Below the pieces are notes generated by a model. The model searched no databases. It was not told the origin of the DNA and worked only from the letters and a program-made list of their open reading frames with translations. DNA of 52,203 nucleotides, filler included, from Bipalium vagum (taxonomy: Eukaryota), in NCBI GenBank assembly GCA_037834085.1. It is 3 parts of 3 records of this genome, joined end to end, with 100 filler letters (N's around TTAATTAATTAA, not from the genome) between each part and the next. Parts side by side here need not be neighbours in the genome. Positions count along the whole stretch, not along the records: positions 1 to 16,798 come from JBBMKC010093692.1; positions 16,899 to 33,801 come from JBBMKC010087258.1; 1 more part is not named here. One strand, written 5' to 3'. Made by a program: the position numbers and the translations under genes. Below, piece after piece: positions 13,340 to 25,823 of the stretch (its first letter is position 1; each line of letters starts with the position of its first letter).

Positions 13340-14219
13340 TTTATATAGGATTGATGTTGTTGATGTTTTAGGTGCATTTTTTCAATTTGCTGAGTATATC
13401 TTTTCCGTAAGAAAGTTATTGAACGGATTCAGTAACTTTCTTTGATGAATTAGATCGGACGCAGATCAACAAATAGCCACCATCAATTTCTTTTGGTGTA
13501 ACTTCGGTTTTGCAAAATGCTGTGGGCCTTGATTATGGCCTAACCATTGAGCTGACCGACATCGATTGTCGCACAGTATCAACTTTTAGTCAGTGATCAC
13601 AATCCGTTCGAGATAAGAATCATTATTGTTGCACAAAATGTACGAAAATGCAATCTCAAACCGACTATTTTTTTGATTTTCATTTAAGTCGTGTGAAACC
13701 CACTTGTCGAACTTTTTGTACTTACCAATTTCTCTCAGATAATATGAAATTGTTTCAATTGTAACACATAAGTCTTTTACAAGGACTCTGGTAAGCGGAG
13801 TCACCTCTCCCAATGCTTTTAATTGGTTATTATCGATTGAAGTCTTTTGTTCATAACCCTCCTTAATTTTAATTGTCTAATCTAAACCCCGAAACTTTTT
13901 GAACCAAAATTGAAGGTATGTTTTTTAGTGGTTCCCTCACCGAATACCAAATAGTTGTTGTGACATGCTTCCGATGATTTGTGTCTCAGTTTAAACTCAA
14001 AAAATACACATAATTGATTATTTTCCATTGTACATTAAAATATTCATAATAGCGTAAAAAAATATAAAATTAAATAATAATGAAATACTTATATACGTAA
14101 TTTAAGTTGAACGCTTTAAAATGATATATAATATGTATTTAAACAACAAAAAATTATATCAAAATAACGTTAAATAAATTAGATTTATAAAAACCGACAT
14201 TCATTTTTAAACAATCTAG
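13340..14219 (-). mobile_element. Degenerate mariner, 5' TIR present, 3' part deleted
   Basis: TA|CTAGATTGTTTAAAAATGAATGTCGG TIR; KKFDKWVSHDLNENQKNSR...LERIVITD; QHFAKPKLHQKKLMV. The left boundary is approximate. Confidence 0.88.
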
Positions 14220-14309
14220 TATATAAATTATGTGTTATAAATATTAGTATTATTATACGAATAACTACTTAATAATATCTATTGATATTGAAGAGTTGTG
14301 GTGCAGCTT

Positions 14310-15240
14310 GTGAGCACCAGTTTATTCTTGTTTCTTTCTTTTTGATGCCCGCAACAGCAACAAAAAATATGTCAAAAGTATAGAGAAGAAAACCAACTAT
14401 TAGTGTAAATCAATCGAAAGGATGATTTAAGAATTTTCGAACCTTAAACTCCAGTCTCCAGCATGCGAATTGCTCTGGACTAATGGAATTCGATGAAGAT
14501 TTATTCAAGATGAAAGTTTAGTAGAATTCAGTTGTAACCGTTGAAAACTATACTAAATTCTGTATGAAGTTCTCAATTGAACGAGATCCACCATTCGTCG
14601 GCACCAGAAAAAATAATGAAAACGTTACCGAACTCAGAAAATGTGTACCACACGATTTGTCGGAAAATGATCTAATGCAAAGAATTATTGTGTTCAAGTT
14701 CTCTTTCTCGATTGAAGAGATATTTTTTAATTTAATTATAACCTGAGTAGAAAATTGCTTATTTCTTCGAAATTTCAGAGGGGAAAGACGATGAATAAAA
14801 TAAATAAATAACTTTAACTAAAATAAGGCCTTTATCCACGATTATTTTCTTAATTGTTTTGTGAAATATGGATGAAATTATTTACTTTGAATTAATGAAT
14901 TCAAACTAAATAATTTGGAGGTTTATGATAATCAACTTGATCGATTGAATTAAGCACTGAAGCAAAAATGAAAACCTTTGCTTAACATAAGAAGGTTTTT
15001 GTTTCAACGCAAGTTGAAAAGGCTGCTAAAAAATCTAAAATAATGATTCATTCACCGTATTCACCGAACATTAATCTACCAGACTATCACCTGTTCCTGA
15101 TTCTACAAAACTCTTTGAAAAGATTAATCATGGATATCATAGTTGAGGTAAAAGCAGTAATGAATGCTTTATTTGATTAGAAACCTAAGGAATTTTCCAA
15201 AAGAGGTTTTCGGAAATCTCCTTAAAATTAATAAAAGCTA
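14310..15240 (+). mobile_element. Very degenerate mariner transposase
   Basis: KCVPHDLSENDLMQRI and HSPYSPNINLPDYHLF (WVPHEL and YSPDL motifs). Boundaries approximate. Confidence 0.82.
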
Positions 15241-16099
15241 CTTATTTGTTTATAATAGTAACACAAGGAATCCTCCGTTTATATTTTAAAAAAAACCCCT
15301 TATCAATCCACATTAACGTATGCCCTATCGATGTTTGGCATACTAGGCGTTTATTATCGTATACCGACATTGATGAAGAAAAATTTCCTGTGAAAATGGA
15401 TCTGTACTGTAATAAATGAGTTTGTTTCAACATTTCAAATGTTAAATTCGAATTTTATGATCTAAGTTATCTTTTGTTGTCTTCTTCGGTGAATGATATT
15501 GTCACACCTGAGCTAATCAATAACCTTATTCTACCTGAATTCGTGAAAAAATAATAACTGTTTATAAATATTATTTCGACTTGATTTTATTTCCTAATGA
15601 ATTAAATTTGGTTTTATCTTTTTATTGGTCATACTGATAATGTATTTATGCACTTTATCCTAAAATTAATCACCTGAACATTTCTTTTTTTTAATTTGGA
15701 AATTCAATATGTTACGAATACTCCTTCGTATGCTCATGACTCCTTTTAGGTTTCATTAAAGTATAATGTAGTCCCCTTTTGGTTAAATCGTAATATGCAT
15801 AACTTTCTTCAAAATACGTAATTATTTTTAATTAATTGATTGAAAAAATGTTTTAATTAATAAATTTTTGGTTTCACAAATCATTTGAATTAAATAATTG
15901 AAATTAATAAGGATAAAGTATTTTAAGTTACAGTGATTTATAAAATTTGATTAGACAAAAAATGATTGAAGATATACGAAAGTTATAAAAATTAAAAAAA
16001 ATAGCTATGTATTGGCCTACTTTGGGAAATGCAAGAGTTTTGAATCTAGACAAGAAATGTGAATACTAATTTCCCTTACAATTCAAAAGTAATCAACGA

Positions 16100-16490
16100 T
16101 TAGACAGATATTTTCTTAGATAAGTTATAAATGAAGAATGTCATATAAGGAACTCAAAGATACATGTAATAAATGTATCAGAGCTCTTATTTTATTATTG
16201 TGAAAATTCTCTTATTAAATATACGTCCGAAGAATCCAAAAACATTGAATAATATATTCTGTAAGTGGTTTAAAAAATACCGCAATTTAAGAAGTTTATT
16301 TGAAACAAATTATGGAAAATTAAAAAAAAATGGTGGCATCATGCATATTGTTGAAACGGTGATCACTAAAATATATAACAAGGGAAGAATGTTGGTTCAA
16401 TAGAAACTAATATAAAGGATTTTGTATTAAGAAAGGTAGACTATAGAAAAGCAGTATTCTTAGAGCTCATAATTATTGAAACTATATGTT
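16100..16490 (+). mobile_element. Merlin (IS1016/IS1595-like) transposase fragment
   Basis: GGIMHIVET...KIYNKGRML resembles the Merlin GGxGxIVEIDE...KYNRGR block. Confidence 0.55.
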
Positions 16491-16798
16491 GGGATCCATA
16501 GAAAAAGAGGTTCCGGCACCCATCAATTCAAATTCAAAGCCCACAAAGGAGGCGGAGCCGCTACAGCCAGAACAAGACCTTGTGGAGGAGGATTTTCCAA
16601 AGGTAGACACATAAATAACATTTTTAATTGTGAAATTTTCATGAAAAAACCTTGTTAGGCTTACTTTCTTTTATATTATGATTCATTTTGTGTTATTTTA
16701 TATTTTAGTTTATATTTTATAAAAAAATAATAATATTTAAATTATATATCTGTTTTTAATTAATATAAATAAATAAAATAATAATAATATAAATTTTG

Positions 16799-16898
16799 NN
16801 NNNNNNNNNNNNNNNNNNNNNNNNNNNNNNNNNNNNNNNNNNTTAATTAATTAANNNNNNNNNNNNNNNNNNNNNNNNNNNNNNNNNNNNNNNNNNNN
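16799..16898. other. Artificial assembly spacer (44 N + TTAATTAATTAA + 44 N)
   Basis: Exactly 100 bp, with a six-frame stop linker at 16843-16854; identical to 33802-33901. Confidence 0.97.
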
Positions 16899-17344
16899 AA
16901 GGAAAGGAAGAGGTGCAGGACAAACCGTGTCCAGTGACAACAAGAAGAATGTTCGAACTTGGTGACGAAGTGCTCGTAAAAGTTGAAGGCAGAAGTAAAG
17001 ATAAAGAAAGATATGAAGGACCATATACAGTCAACAGGAAAATTCATGTGAGAAGATATCTACTTGAAGACAGAAATGGGAAACTGATTGAGAGAAATGT
17101 TGAAAAAATTAAAAACTTCTTGAAAGGGGGATGTGAGTATTTGAACATATTTTTGAATTTTTAAATTTTTATAGTGTTCTTTTTAAAATCCAATATGGAT
17201 GTTCATTAATTTAATGTATTAGTTAATTTTAAAATATTAATTTAATTTTTAAATATCTTTCTTAAAAAATAATAAGAGACACTTTATTTAAATTAATTAA
17301 TTTAAGAAATTTGTTCAAGTATTTTTATTTTTATTGGAATAACA
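16899..17344 (+). mobile_element. 3' end of a Ty3/Gypsy retrotransposon: integrase GPY/F tail, polypurine tract and probable 3' LTR
   Basis: FELGDEVLVK...RYEGPYTV...RYLLED..GKLIERNVEKIK; PPT AAAGGGGGA followed directly by TGTG at 17132. The LTR end at ...AATAACA (17344) is tentative. Confidence 0.85.
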
Positions 17345-17819
17345 AAATTTTTGAAACTATGAGTGACTTTATTGAAATAGCTGCTAACAATAGAAATTAA
17401 ACAACTTACTATAAATAAATGTTGTGGAAATAGGATTACTAAATATAGTAGGTTCTATAATATAAGAGCTTACTTAAAATAGTAACCACATACGCAAATT
17501 CTATTATTAATAAGAAAAACGTACTTAAAATAGGAACCGCCAACACATATTTCTATTTAGTAAGTTGGATTAGAGCCAATGAGAAGCTCTAGAATGTGGA
17601 AAACCGGAGTACATAAGCTTCTTGTTTTCACATTCAAAACGTCCTTAATCAATTTCAGAATACGCTTATAGCTATTCGAATTAAAGATATTTTTAAGATG
17701 CCGGTAATAATAATAGGTAGGAATTTGTATTAATTCTAAAAGTGTTTAACCGTTAGAGTTAAACTTATATAAATAATTAACATTTATTTAGTGATAGAAG
17801 GAAATTCTTCTCATCACTA

Positions 17820-18130
17820 ACTTTTTAATATTTTCTTTATTCTTTTTATTGTTCTTTCGCTAATTCGATTCTGCTTTGTTCTAGGCGATAGAATTCGCAT
17901 TTTTGTTATCAAACGCACAGAATTTACTCTCAACAGCACTGTTGTGACAGATTTTCTCTTGCAGGAAGAGAAAAAGATGATCAAATGATTTGATAGTTCT
18001 AGATGAGTATGCTGAATGAAGAAGAATTCCATTTCTCAAATTATTCAGCTTCTGTAGTGATTGTTTGGCATTGTGAAGAATTATTGACTTTTTTATTGAC
18101 TATAAACGGGAATAAAGACTAGTGGTCTTC
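17820..18130 (-). mobile_element. Possible Merlin transposase N-terminal remnant
   Basis: SIKKSIILHNAKQSLQK resembles Merlin SIRKGSxFExSKLSL; ISERTI lies downstream. Weak. Confidence 0.3.
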
Positions 18131-18359
18131 GCAGAATTATTTGAACTCGTACAGTAAAATTGTTTGTATCTGGTATTTCACTTACTTGACTTTTACAACT
18201 AATATAAATTAGAAATTAGTAATAGTAAATTAAAACCTATAGGCATGTAAAAAATGTCTTCTTTCAAATGATATATTAATTAAAGAGTTCAAACAAACAT
18301 GTTTTCAAAAAATATGTTGTCAGATTTGATTATATAAAAATAAAAAAATTATATAAAAA

Positions 18360-18730
18360 GTTATGATAAACTATTATTTTTTGAAAAAGGAAATAGAGGT
18401 AGATAAATTTCAGTTTTTGGGAAATAAAAAAGTTGAATGTCTTCATAAAAAAACCAAATTTAAAAAATGACCTTTTCAAAATGCAATTTATTTCATATAA
18501 TAAAAGAGAAAACAATTATTTATTATATGATGCAAATAGCTTATATCCATCAGTAATGATACAAGAATTACCAACAGAAGAAATGGGATGGTCTGAAGAT
18601 GACAATTTTAAAAAACTTTATTTTTTATTAATTAAAAGTAATTGAAATTTTGTTTATGAAATGGATTTAGAAATCCAACAGAGATAAAAGATAAAACTAA
18701 ATATTATCTGTTTTGTCCTGAAAAAGTTTA
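18360..18730 (+). pseudogene. Fragment of a Polinton/Maverick-type (protein-primed family B) DNA polymerase
   Basis: Colinear motifs LLFFEKGNRG (cf. FEKGIRGG), LLYDANSLYPSVMIQELP (Pol motif A, DxNSLYP), YEMDLE/NPTEIKDKTKYYLFCPEK (cf. EVDLEYP..HD..PFCPE), with frameshifts. Confidence 0.85.
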
Positions 18731-21725
18731 CTTATTGAAAATGAATTTTCTGATTATAAAACACATGGCTTTGACGGTGGAAGCAATAGATATTATTATT
18801 ATTATTATCAACTATCAATATTATAAATTCATCATTATTCAAAAAACCTACAGAAGCATTAACAAAATTTGTCTTTTACACTTTAAATTCAATGCAAAAT
18901 CAGATCCCAATCATAAAAATAGGGAGTACAAAAAAGTAACCGTTATATATTCTATATGTTCATATAAAAATAATAATAACGTTTATAATCAACTATGATA
19001 ATAATGATAATTGAAGATATAATAATAATAAATAAATAATATTATTTGATAATAGTACTCAATGATAACCGATAAAGATTATAATAGATAATATTTTAAT
19101 ATTAATATAATGGTAGTAATTCATAAAAATTTAATTAGTCCTTTCAATATGAAAAATAAAATATTTATTTTCTAACTATTTTTAGGCGAATTAAAAGATC
19201 ATTAATTACTCAGCTCAGGCGAATACATTCGGGTTGAGCTGAATAATTAAAAACCCCCGATTTATCGATTAACTTATGGAAAAGGAGACTATTCGTTGAG
19301 TGGTGAAGAGACTATGGTGTGGATAGAAATTCATTAGACTCGTACATAAATAAAAACGCTTCTGAAATGACACTTTGTAAAACTACATAGTTAATAAACT
19401 TAATCACTTTTCTATTTAACCACCTTCTGCTACCAGGTATTTAGTCTATCGATCTATCACAGAAAAGAGACCATTTTCGAAGAAAGTAGTAGACTACATA
19501 ATTTTCTGATTCCAATACTCCCTTGATGATACATTTTTTTCAAAAAATTCGTACTTAATGTCAACTATTTAAAGCAAATATAATAATACCCACATATATT
19601 TATTAATTAATTTATTTTAAAAATTTCATGAAATTCTTAATTTTATTTCTATTTCAGTCACATCAATAATCAGGGAGTATTAGAATCTATACATCACAAG
19701 AAAGTCAGTTAAAAATGTTGAATTTAAACTTCTTGTGAAATAAAACAAAACCCAAAAATGAATCGATCAAAAACGGAAAAGAAGAATTGGCCGGATCAAA
19801 TGTTTGACCCTTCAATGATTATTTGTCACTTTCATTTTTTCTTTAGTGTTTATCAAATAAATTGATTATTTTTATCCGCATAGCGAACGGACCAAAAGAA
19901 AAACAGTGGAGTCAGGGAGAGAAAAATAGAGTTCGAATCCGGGACAAAAATAAAAAAATTGGTTAGTATTCTTTTGAATATTAACATAACGAAGGTCCAC
20001 AAAACTTTCATATATTTAAATATAAAAAGATATTTAATTAAGTATACTAAATACTAGTTATACTAGTATTAATCAACAATAAACTAATCATTTCAAAATA
20101 TAAATCAAGGTATATACTTTTTAGAAATACAATTTAATATCAAAGTTTTTTTCGGTGTACATTATTGGTCCATTGTCACGTGTTACTAGCTAGCTTTTTT
20201 ACAACTTGGTCTGATTTTCTAATGCAATATTTAATACAATTAATAAGTTAGTCAGCAGTTTCATCTTTCAAATGTTGTCTATACCGATTTCTTTTCAGAA
20301 TCCCACAAAAATATTCGATAATACGTATTTCTGGAGTTTTAAGATAACTGTCTCCTTTTTCAACTCGATTGCATTAAGAAATCCAGTTTTTAAAAAAATA
20401 ATGTGAAACAGCCAAGTGACTGACACGGAAGGCATCTTACTATTCAGTCTGAAGATGATATAAAGCAAAGCTTGGGTTAAATTTCATTATCGTTTTTATT
20501 ATTTAATGACAAACTCAATGAGAATTACATAAAGATATTGATTTGAAGATTGAATTATTATGGATGGTTTATCTCTTTCTGTCATAGACATCTCAAGTTT
20601 TGAAAATATTTTTGGTCGAAAAATAAAATTTATATTTAAGTTAGAAATTCCTAAGATGTCAGAGTAAATAAAAGATGCACTCTCGATTCAATTTTGAAAT
20701 TAATGTTTTTCAATATTTTATTTTCAACTAAGTTTTTATATTAATAAAATTTATTATTTATTAGCAGTCACAAATATTCCGTTGCTTAACTGTAAATATA
20801 TTAGAATTTTTTCAGCATCGCTCCACTTAAAACAAGGGCATCACAAATATATTTTTTCATATTTCAATGATATTGATAATAAATCCTACACAAACCTGTA
20901 AAAGAATAGCGTTCGAAAGCATAATTTACAACCAGACATGAAACAATTCGAAAAGGATTAAAAACTAGAAGACTTGGACAACCAATTTTTATAATTTTAA
21001 AATAAATAAATAATAAGGTCAATTCAGCAGGAACCTCAGCGTGTTAATTAAAATAATATTTTTTCGAAAACCGAAACACAAGATTATTCAAAATATTCCT
21101 GATATTAATATATGTAGATGTAATTGATAATAAAAGTGAAAATCGAAACCAAACAAACGAAATCACTGAATCCTGAATAATCTTTGTGTCTTGTGGTATG
21201 GTATAAAATACGATAAATGAAGCATAAATATTGAAAAATTGATTTATAACTATAAACCAAATTTAGAACCTATTGGAAATAAATAAAAATCAATACACTA
21301 AAATCACAAGTACTAATATGTGGATATTGTCCTAAGGTGGAGAGATAGCAAACATTAGACAATTTCATTCAGCAAACATTATTCGTCAGTGCCAAAAAAA
21401 TTTTCCAATGACCTAAGCACCTTTCGAACAATTACTCGAGGCAAAGTTAGATTGTCTTCGGAGATTTCGTCTTTTTTCAACTTTATGATTTGCTCACAAG
21501 AATCTTTGGATTTGCATTGCATCTTAATCTTCATTCTTTCCGTCTTACCATCATCATCTAAATAGAAGATTATTTTTCTCTGGTTGCAGAAATTTTTTCT
21601 GATTATATTATTGATTAAATGTGAAAGAATATTATTATGAAAATCAGGGATTTATATCACTAAAAAAAAGTATTATCTTAATAAGTCTAAGAAATTATAA
21701 TATCCAATTATGATATTATTTATAG

Positions 21726-22138
21726 CAGGAGTTCTCAAACTTTAAGACAGTGGAGCCCTTTCAATTTATTCCTTCGAAACCCATTGACACAAAAATAGTA
21801 CAGAAAGATATTCGTTAGTTTATGCATTCCTATTTCATAAAAAAATTAAATAAATAACATTTATAATTTCCGCAATATCAATTTAACTGAAATATTGAAA
21901 TTAGATTTAAAACGTAAACATAAAGAGAACCCTAAATATATATTTAGAGTTTTTATAAATGAAAAAAGGTTTACTCAATAATACAAATAACCCATCAATT
22001 AATTTAATGTGAAATGTGATCCCAGAATTTCCATGTATTCAAATTTTGGCTGTAGCACGGATACAAAACTTATCCCGGGAACTTGAAAATTTTTCAGGGA
22101 ACCCTTGGGTTTCACGGAATTCCGTTTGAGAACCCCTG
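21726..22138 (-). mobile_element. Non-autonomous hAT (Buster/Charlie) element, 413 bp
   Basis: TIRs CAGG(A/G)GTTCTCAAAC; 8-bp TSD atttatag/atttatgg with a central TA; transposase tail ...LQPKF...HISH* on the minus strand. Confidence 0.9.
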
Positions 22139-22484
22139 ATTTATGGTATCATCATTAAACTGATATTATCATAAATAATTATAATAATGTCTGATTAATG
22201 TTATTAAATTAAACAGACAACCAATAATTTGATTTGAAATTTCAAAATAAGTCATTTTGATTTTCATTAAATTTTTTCTTGAACTAAATATTACAAAATT
22301 TAAGTGAAGAAATTCTAGACGCGGTATATTTCATAAGAAAGATAAAAAATCTTAAATAAGAGAAAACTCATCAAATAGTACTTTTTATAAGATTATCTTT
22401 TACAAAAGGACGCAAAAAAGAGAACCAAAGATCCTAAGAAAGAAACTAAACTAATCAAATTCATTGATTGGTTTAAAATTGATT

Positions 22485-22672
22485 TGTTAAAATTATTCGG
22501 TTTATAATCAGAACTAAAAGTTATTTTTGATTAAATTTATTAAGTGATAAAACAAATAATATTTAAACATTTTTCTCATACCTGGAAATTCCTTCTTTTA
22601 TAAAATTTTAAAAATAAGTTTATTTTTAAAATTTCATTCATACTTTTTAAATATTTTAAAATTTCTCCTCAT
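22485..22672. repeat. Dispersed repeat or solo-LTR-like sequence, inverted homolog of 35983-36228
   Basis: Long colinear match: atttattaagtgata...aataatatttaaaca.ttttctca.acctgg.aatt...aaaatttcattcata. Confidence 0.8.
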
Positions 22673-22990
22673 ATGATTAATTGATCTTTTTTCATTCATT
22701 CTTATTCTGAGCATGATCTATCCAATTTTTAATGTTTAACTGATGACGAAGTATTCAAAATATGTAGTGCAAGTAAACAATTTTTTATTTTCTCATAAAC
22801 TTCAAAAATTTTCTCAAAAGTATAACAATTTGTGAAATAAAAATAATAGTGCAGCTCTTAATAAACACTATTAAATTCTTTTTAGTAAATGATAATAAAA
22901 ATATTAAGACTTTCATAATAAGTAAAACTAATTAAATAGTGAAGTAATAACTTATTTAATTAAATTAAATAATTAACTTACTAAATTTAG

Positions 22991-23542
22991 GGACGAATTA
23001 AATCTCACAACCCCGTCACACAACCAGTTAAATCTGACAAATTAATTTAAACGAAGATTCATTAATTTTTAACAATAACAATATTTCATTAAATGAATTT
23101 TCTTTGAACATAAATTTATAGATAAAATCTTCTCTTTTGTCTTCATCTATTCTTTGACAATCTTTTATTTTTCTTTTTAACTTCTTATTATAGCTTTCTA
23201 CATTTTGTGTATGGACGTCAGTGTCTAGAACAACAAAATTGTATTTATGCACAAATGTATGATGTTTGTACCCAGAATCTTTCTGACCCTAGACGTTGTA
23301 AGAATGGGCTTTTTCTGTATAAATTGTTGATCCTAAATTAGCTACCTTTTCAATAATACGTATCAATTGTGATTTATTATTTTTATCACATTGTCCAGTT
23401 TGACCAGGGCCACCTAATCTTACGGGATTGGTTATCCAACATTCTTTGACTTATAAACTATTTTTTAGTCCCATTATACAGAATACCCTATTATACAACT
23501 GAAAACCGAGTCAACACTGGGACTGTCAGATTTAATTCGTCC
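22991..23542 (-). mobile_element. Internally deleted Merlin DNA transposon with both TIRs
   Basis: TIRs GGACGAATTAAATCT(C/G)ACA; degenerate 8-bp TSD aaatttag/aaaataag; GSTIYTE..HSY...GYKHHTFVHKYNFV...VHTQNVESYN matches the IS1595/ISXO2-type DDE C-terminal half. Confidence 0.92.
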
Positions 23543-24559
23543 AAAATAAGCCACAAAATAAAAGAAAATAGTGACTTTGTTAATAATATTAACATTAATA
23601 AATAAACTAAAATTGTAGTAATAATAGTTGGTAAATATTGTTCCTAAAGAATAACATTTTAAAAGGAGGAAATGTTGAAATTTCAACAAAATATCATACA
23701 AGAAAATTTTATTCACAAGAATTTATAATCAAGGCAATATCTATAAATGTCGCAATGAACATTCTACAGAAACCAACAGTGAATTCAAGAAATTGATTGG
23801 TCATTAAAAGAAATAATAGTAAAAGGATAAAAATTAGAAAAATGTTTTTTTTTTAAACAAAAAATTATTGTAAATGTACATTACCAATTTCTAATATATT
23901 AGTAAATCTGTTTTATTGAACTGTATATTTATTAGAAAATAAACTAAGGATAACAATAAATGACATTGTTTCTCAAATGTGTAGTAAACTTATGATAGAT
24001 TTTACAATTTTTCAAAATTTTATTTATATTTAAATAAATTGCACATTAAAAATAATTTTAAAATAAAAGTACCTTTTATAGATGGGTCAGCAGTCTGATT
24101 TTTCTAAATAATAAAAATGTTATTTATTTTCATAGAAATAAATAATCTTAAAATACATATAATATTTTTATGGACATTATAAGTAGAATTAAACATGGAA
24201 TGAAAATTTTTACTTAGTTCATTATATAATAATTATTAACCGAAATATCAATTGACAAATATTTTCTTAAAAATATATTTATTATCAAAACACGCACGTA
24301 GAAAGGCCGCTCTACTTAAAATAGTTTTTAATTCGTTAAATTAATATAATTGGCCTTTATTTTATAATACAAATTGTAATCATATAAAAGTTTATATTTT
24401 ATAAATTATATAAAAAAGTTAATAAAGCAACCTTTGAAATATAAATAAGATGTTTTATATTTAATTTCTTTCTAAATTTTGATTAATTTTAAATATTAAA
24501 GCACGTTATAAAATTCTACACTATAATAAGATATTTTTATTAATAAATATGGTAAACAA

Positions 24560-25489
24560 TATATTTATTTCACTTGATTAACTGTTTTTAAGACATTCTA
24601 GTACTAATCTTGAATTTTCAAGGGTGAAGTAATTAGATGCAAAATCCTTCAATCCTTAAATCCAAAAAAACATTTTAAACAAAAATATCATTCATGAATT
24701 AAGAATTGCATATGTAGATAATTATACTTAGCGTTTCATATCTGTCTCGCTTATTAACGCAAAAATTCTTGTAAATCGTTTTCAATGTTTTCAATCAAAC
24801 TTAAATAATTTTAATCGTTATGGAAATATGTTTGAAGCCAAAATTTCGAAGCATATGATTCCTTGATAATTCTACTAAGCGCAAGGTTTAATTTTCTAAT
24901 GATTATCAGCCTTGACGAAGTCTGCACTATTTCCCCTTACTTGTACTATAATCTTTCTGATGGATATTAGTGTAGCCAATCCATTTATTATCGCCCATTA
25001 CCATTTGTTTCAAAATGGATTACATTATGTATTTAATTGCTTTTGATAACAAAATAACAACTTTCAAATTGTTTTCTAATGGACTTTCCTTAAGTCTTTG
25101 AACTAGTCGACATTAACATCTGGTGGACGGTCAGATTGTTGAGTCAAAAATTACTCCTTCTGAATTTCTCAAGCGAATTCCGACATTTGCCTTCTTCTAA
25201 CGCATCCTCATCATATACTTTGAATATTTTTTGGAAGCTTGTGGTGCATTTTGTCTCTTAATTTATTAGATAAGTAAAATAAGCATATAATGCACATCCG
25301 GACTTTCCATACTAAGGATAACAAAAAACACCAAACAATGTATTCTATTAAAATAATTTGCTGATTGAAATTTGAATCCATCGACGACCTTTTAATATTA
25401 TTTAAACAGTGATGACTTTATTTGAAATACAATTAAATTGAAGTTAAATGTATTCATGTAAAACGAAAAGCAATATTTTGCCAACCCAA
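24560..25489 (-). mobile_element. Degenerate, deleted mariner downstream of the gene
   Basis: 5' TIR TTGGGTTGGCAAAA at 25489; ATG at about 25310; QQSDRPPDVNVD; DFASNYF (DLAPSDY-like). The left boundary is approximate. Confidence 0.8.
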
Positions 25490-25823
25490 AAATTCTAACT
25501 TTTCTAATAAATATTGAAACATTTGTTAAATTTTTCACTTTTTCATGAATAAATCAAATGCTCTATTGTCTAGAATTATAATTTGTAATTATTATATAGA
25601 TTAATTTCTCGAAATTATTTTTTTAATTAAAAATTTTTAATGTCATAAATTAAAAAAATTTCAATTTTTTGCATATTTATATTTTTCAATCAATGTTTTA
25701 TGTAAAAAAATAAAACAAAGAAAATAGTTGAATAATTTTTCTCTTACAACTATAAACAAAATCAAATAATAGAATTTTCATAAAGAGAAAATAAGAATAT
25801 TCCACCATAATATTAAAATTAAA

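Noticed and set aside
19870-19945. B-box GTTCGAATCC suggesting a tRNA
   Set aside because: No cloverleaf or acceptor stem can be formed.
20100-20400. piggyBac-like VTMD motif on the minus strand
   Set aside because: Too degenerate; no TTAA-flanked TIRs found.
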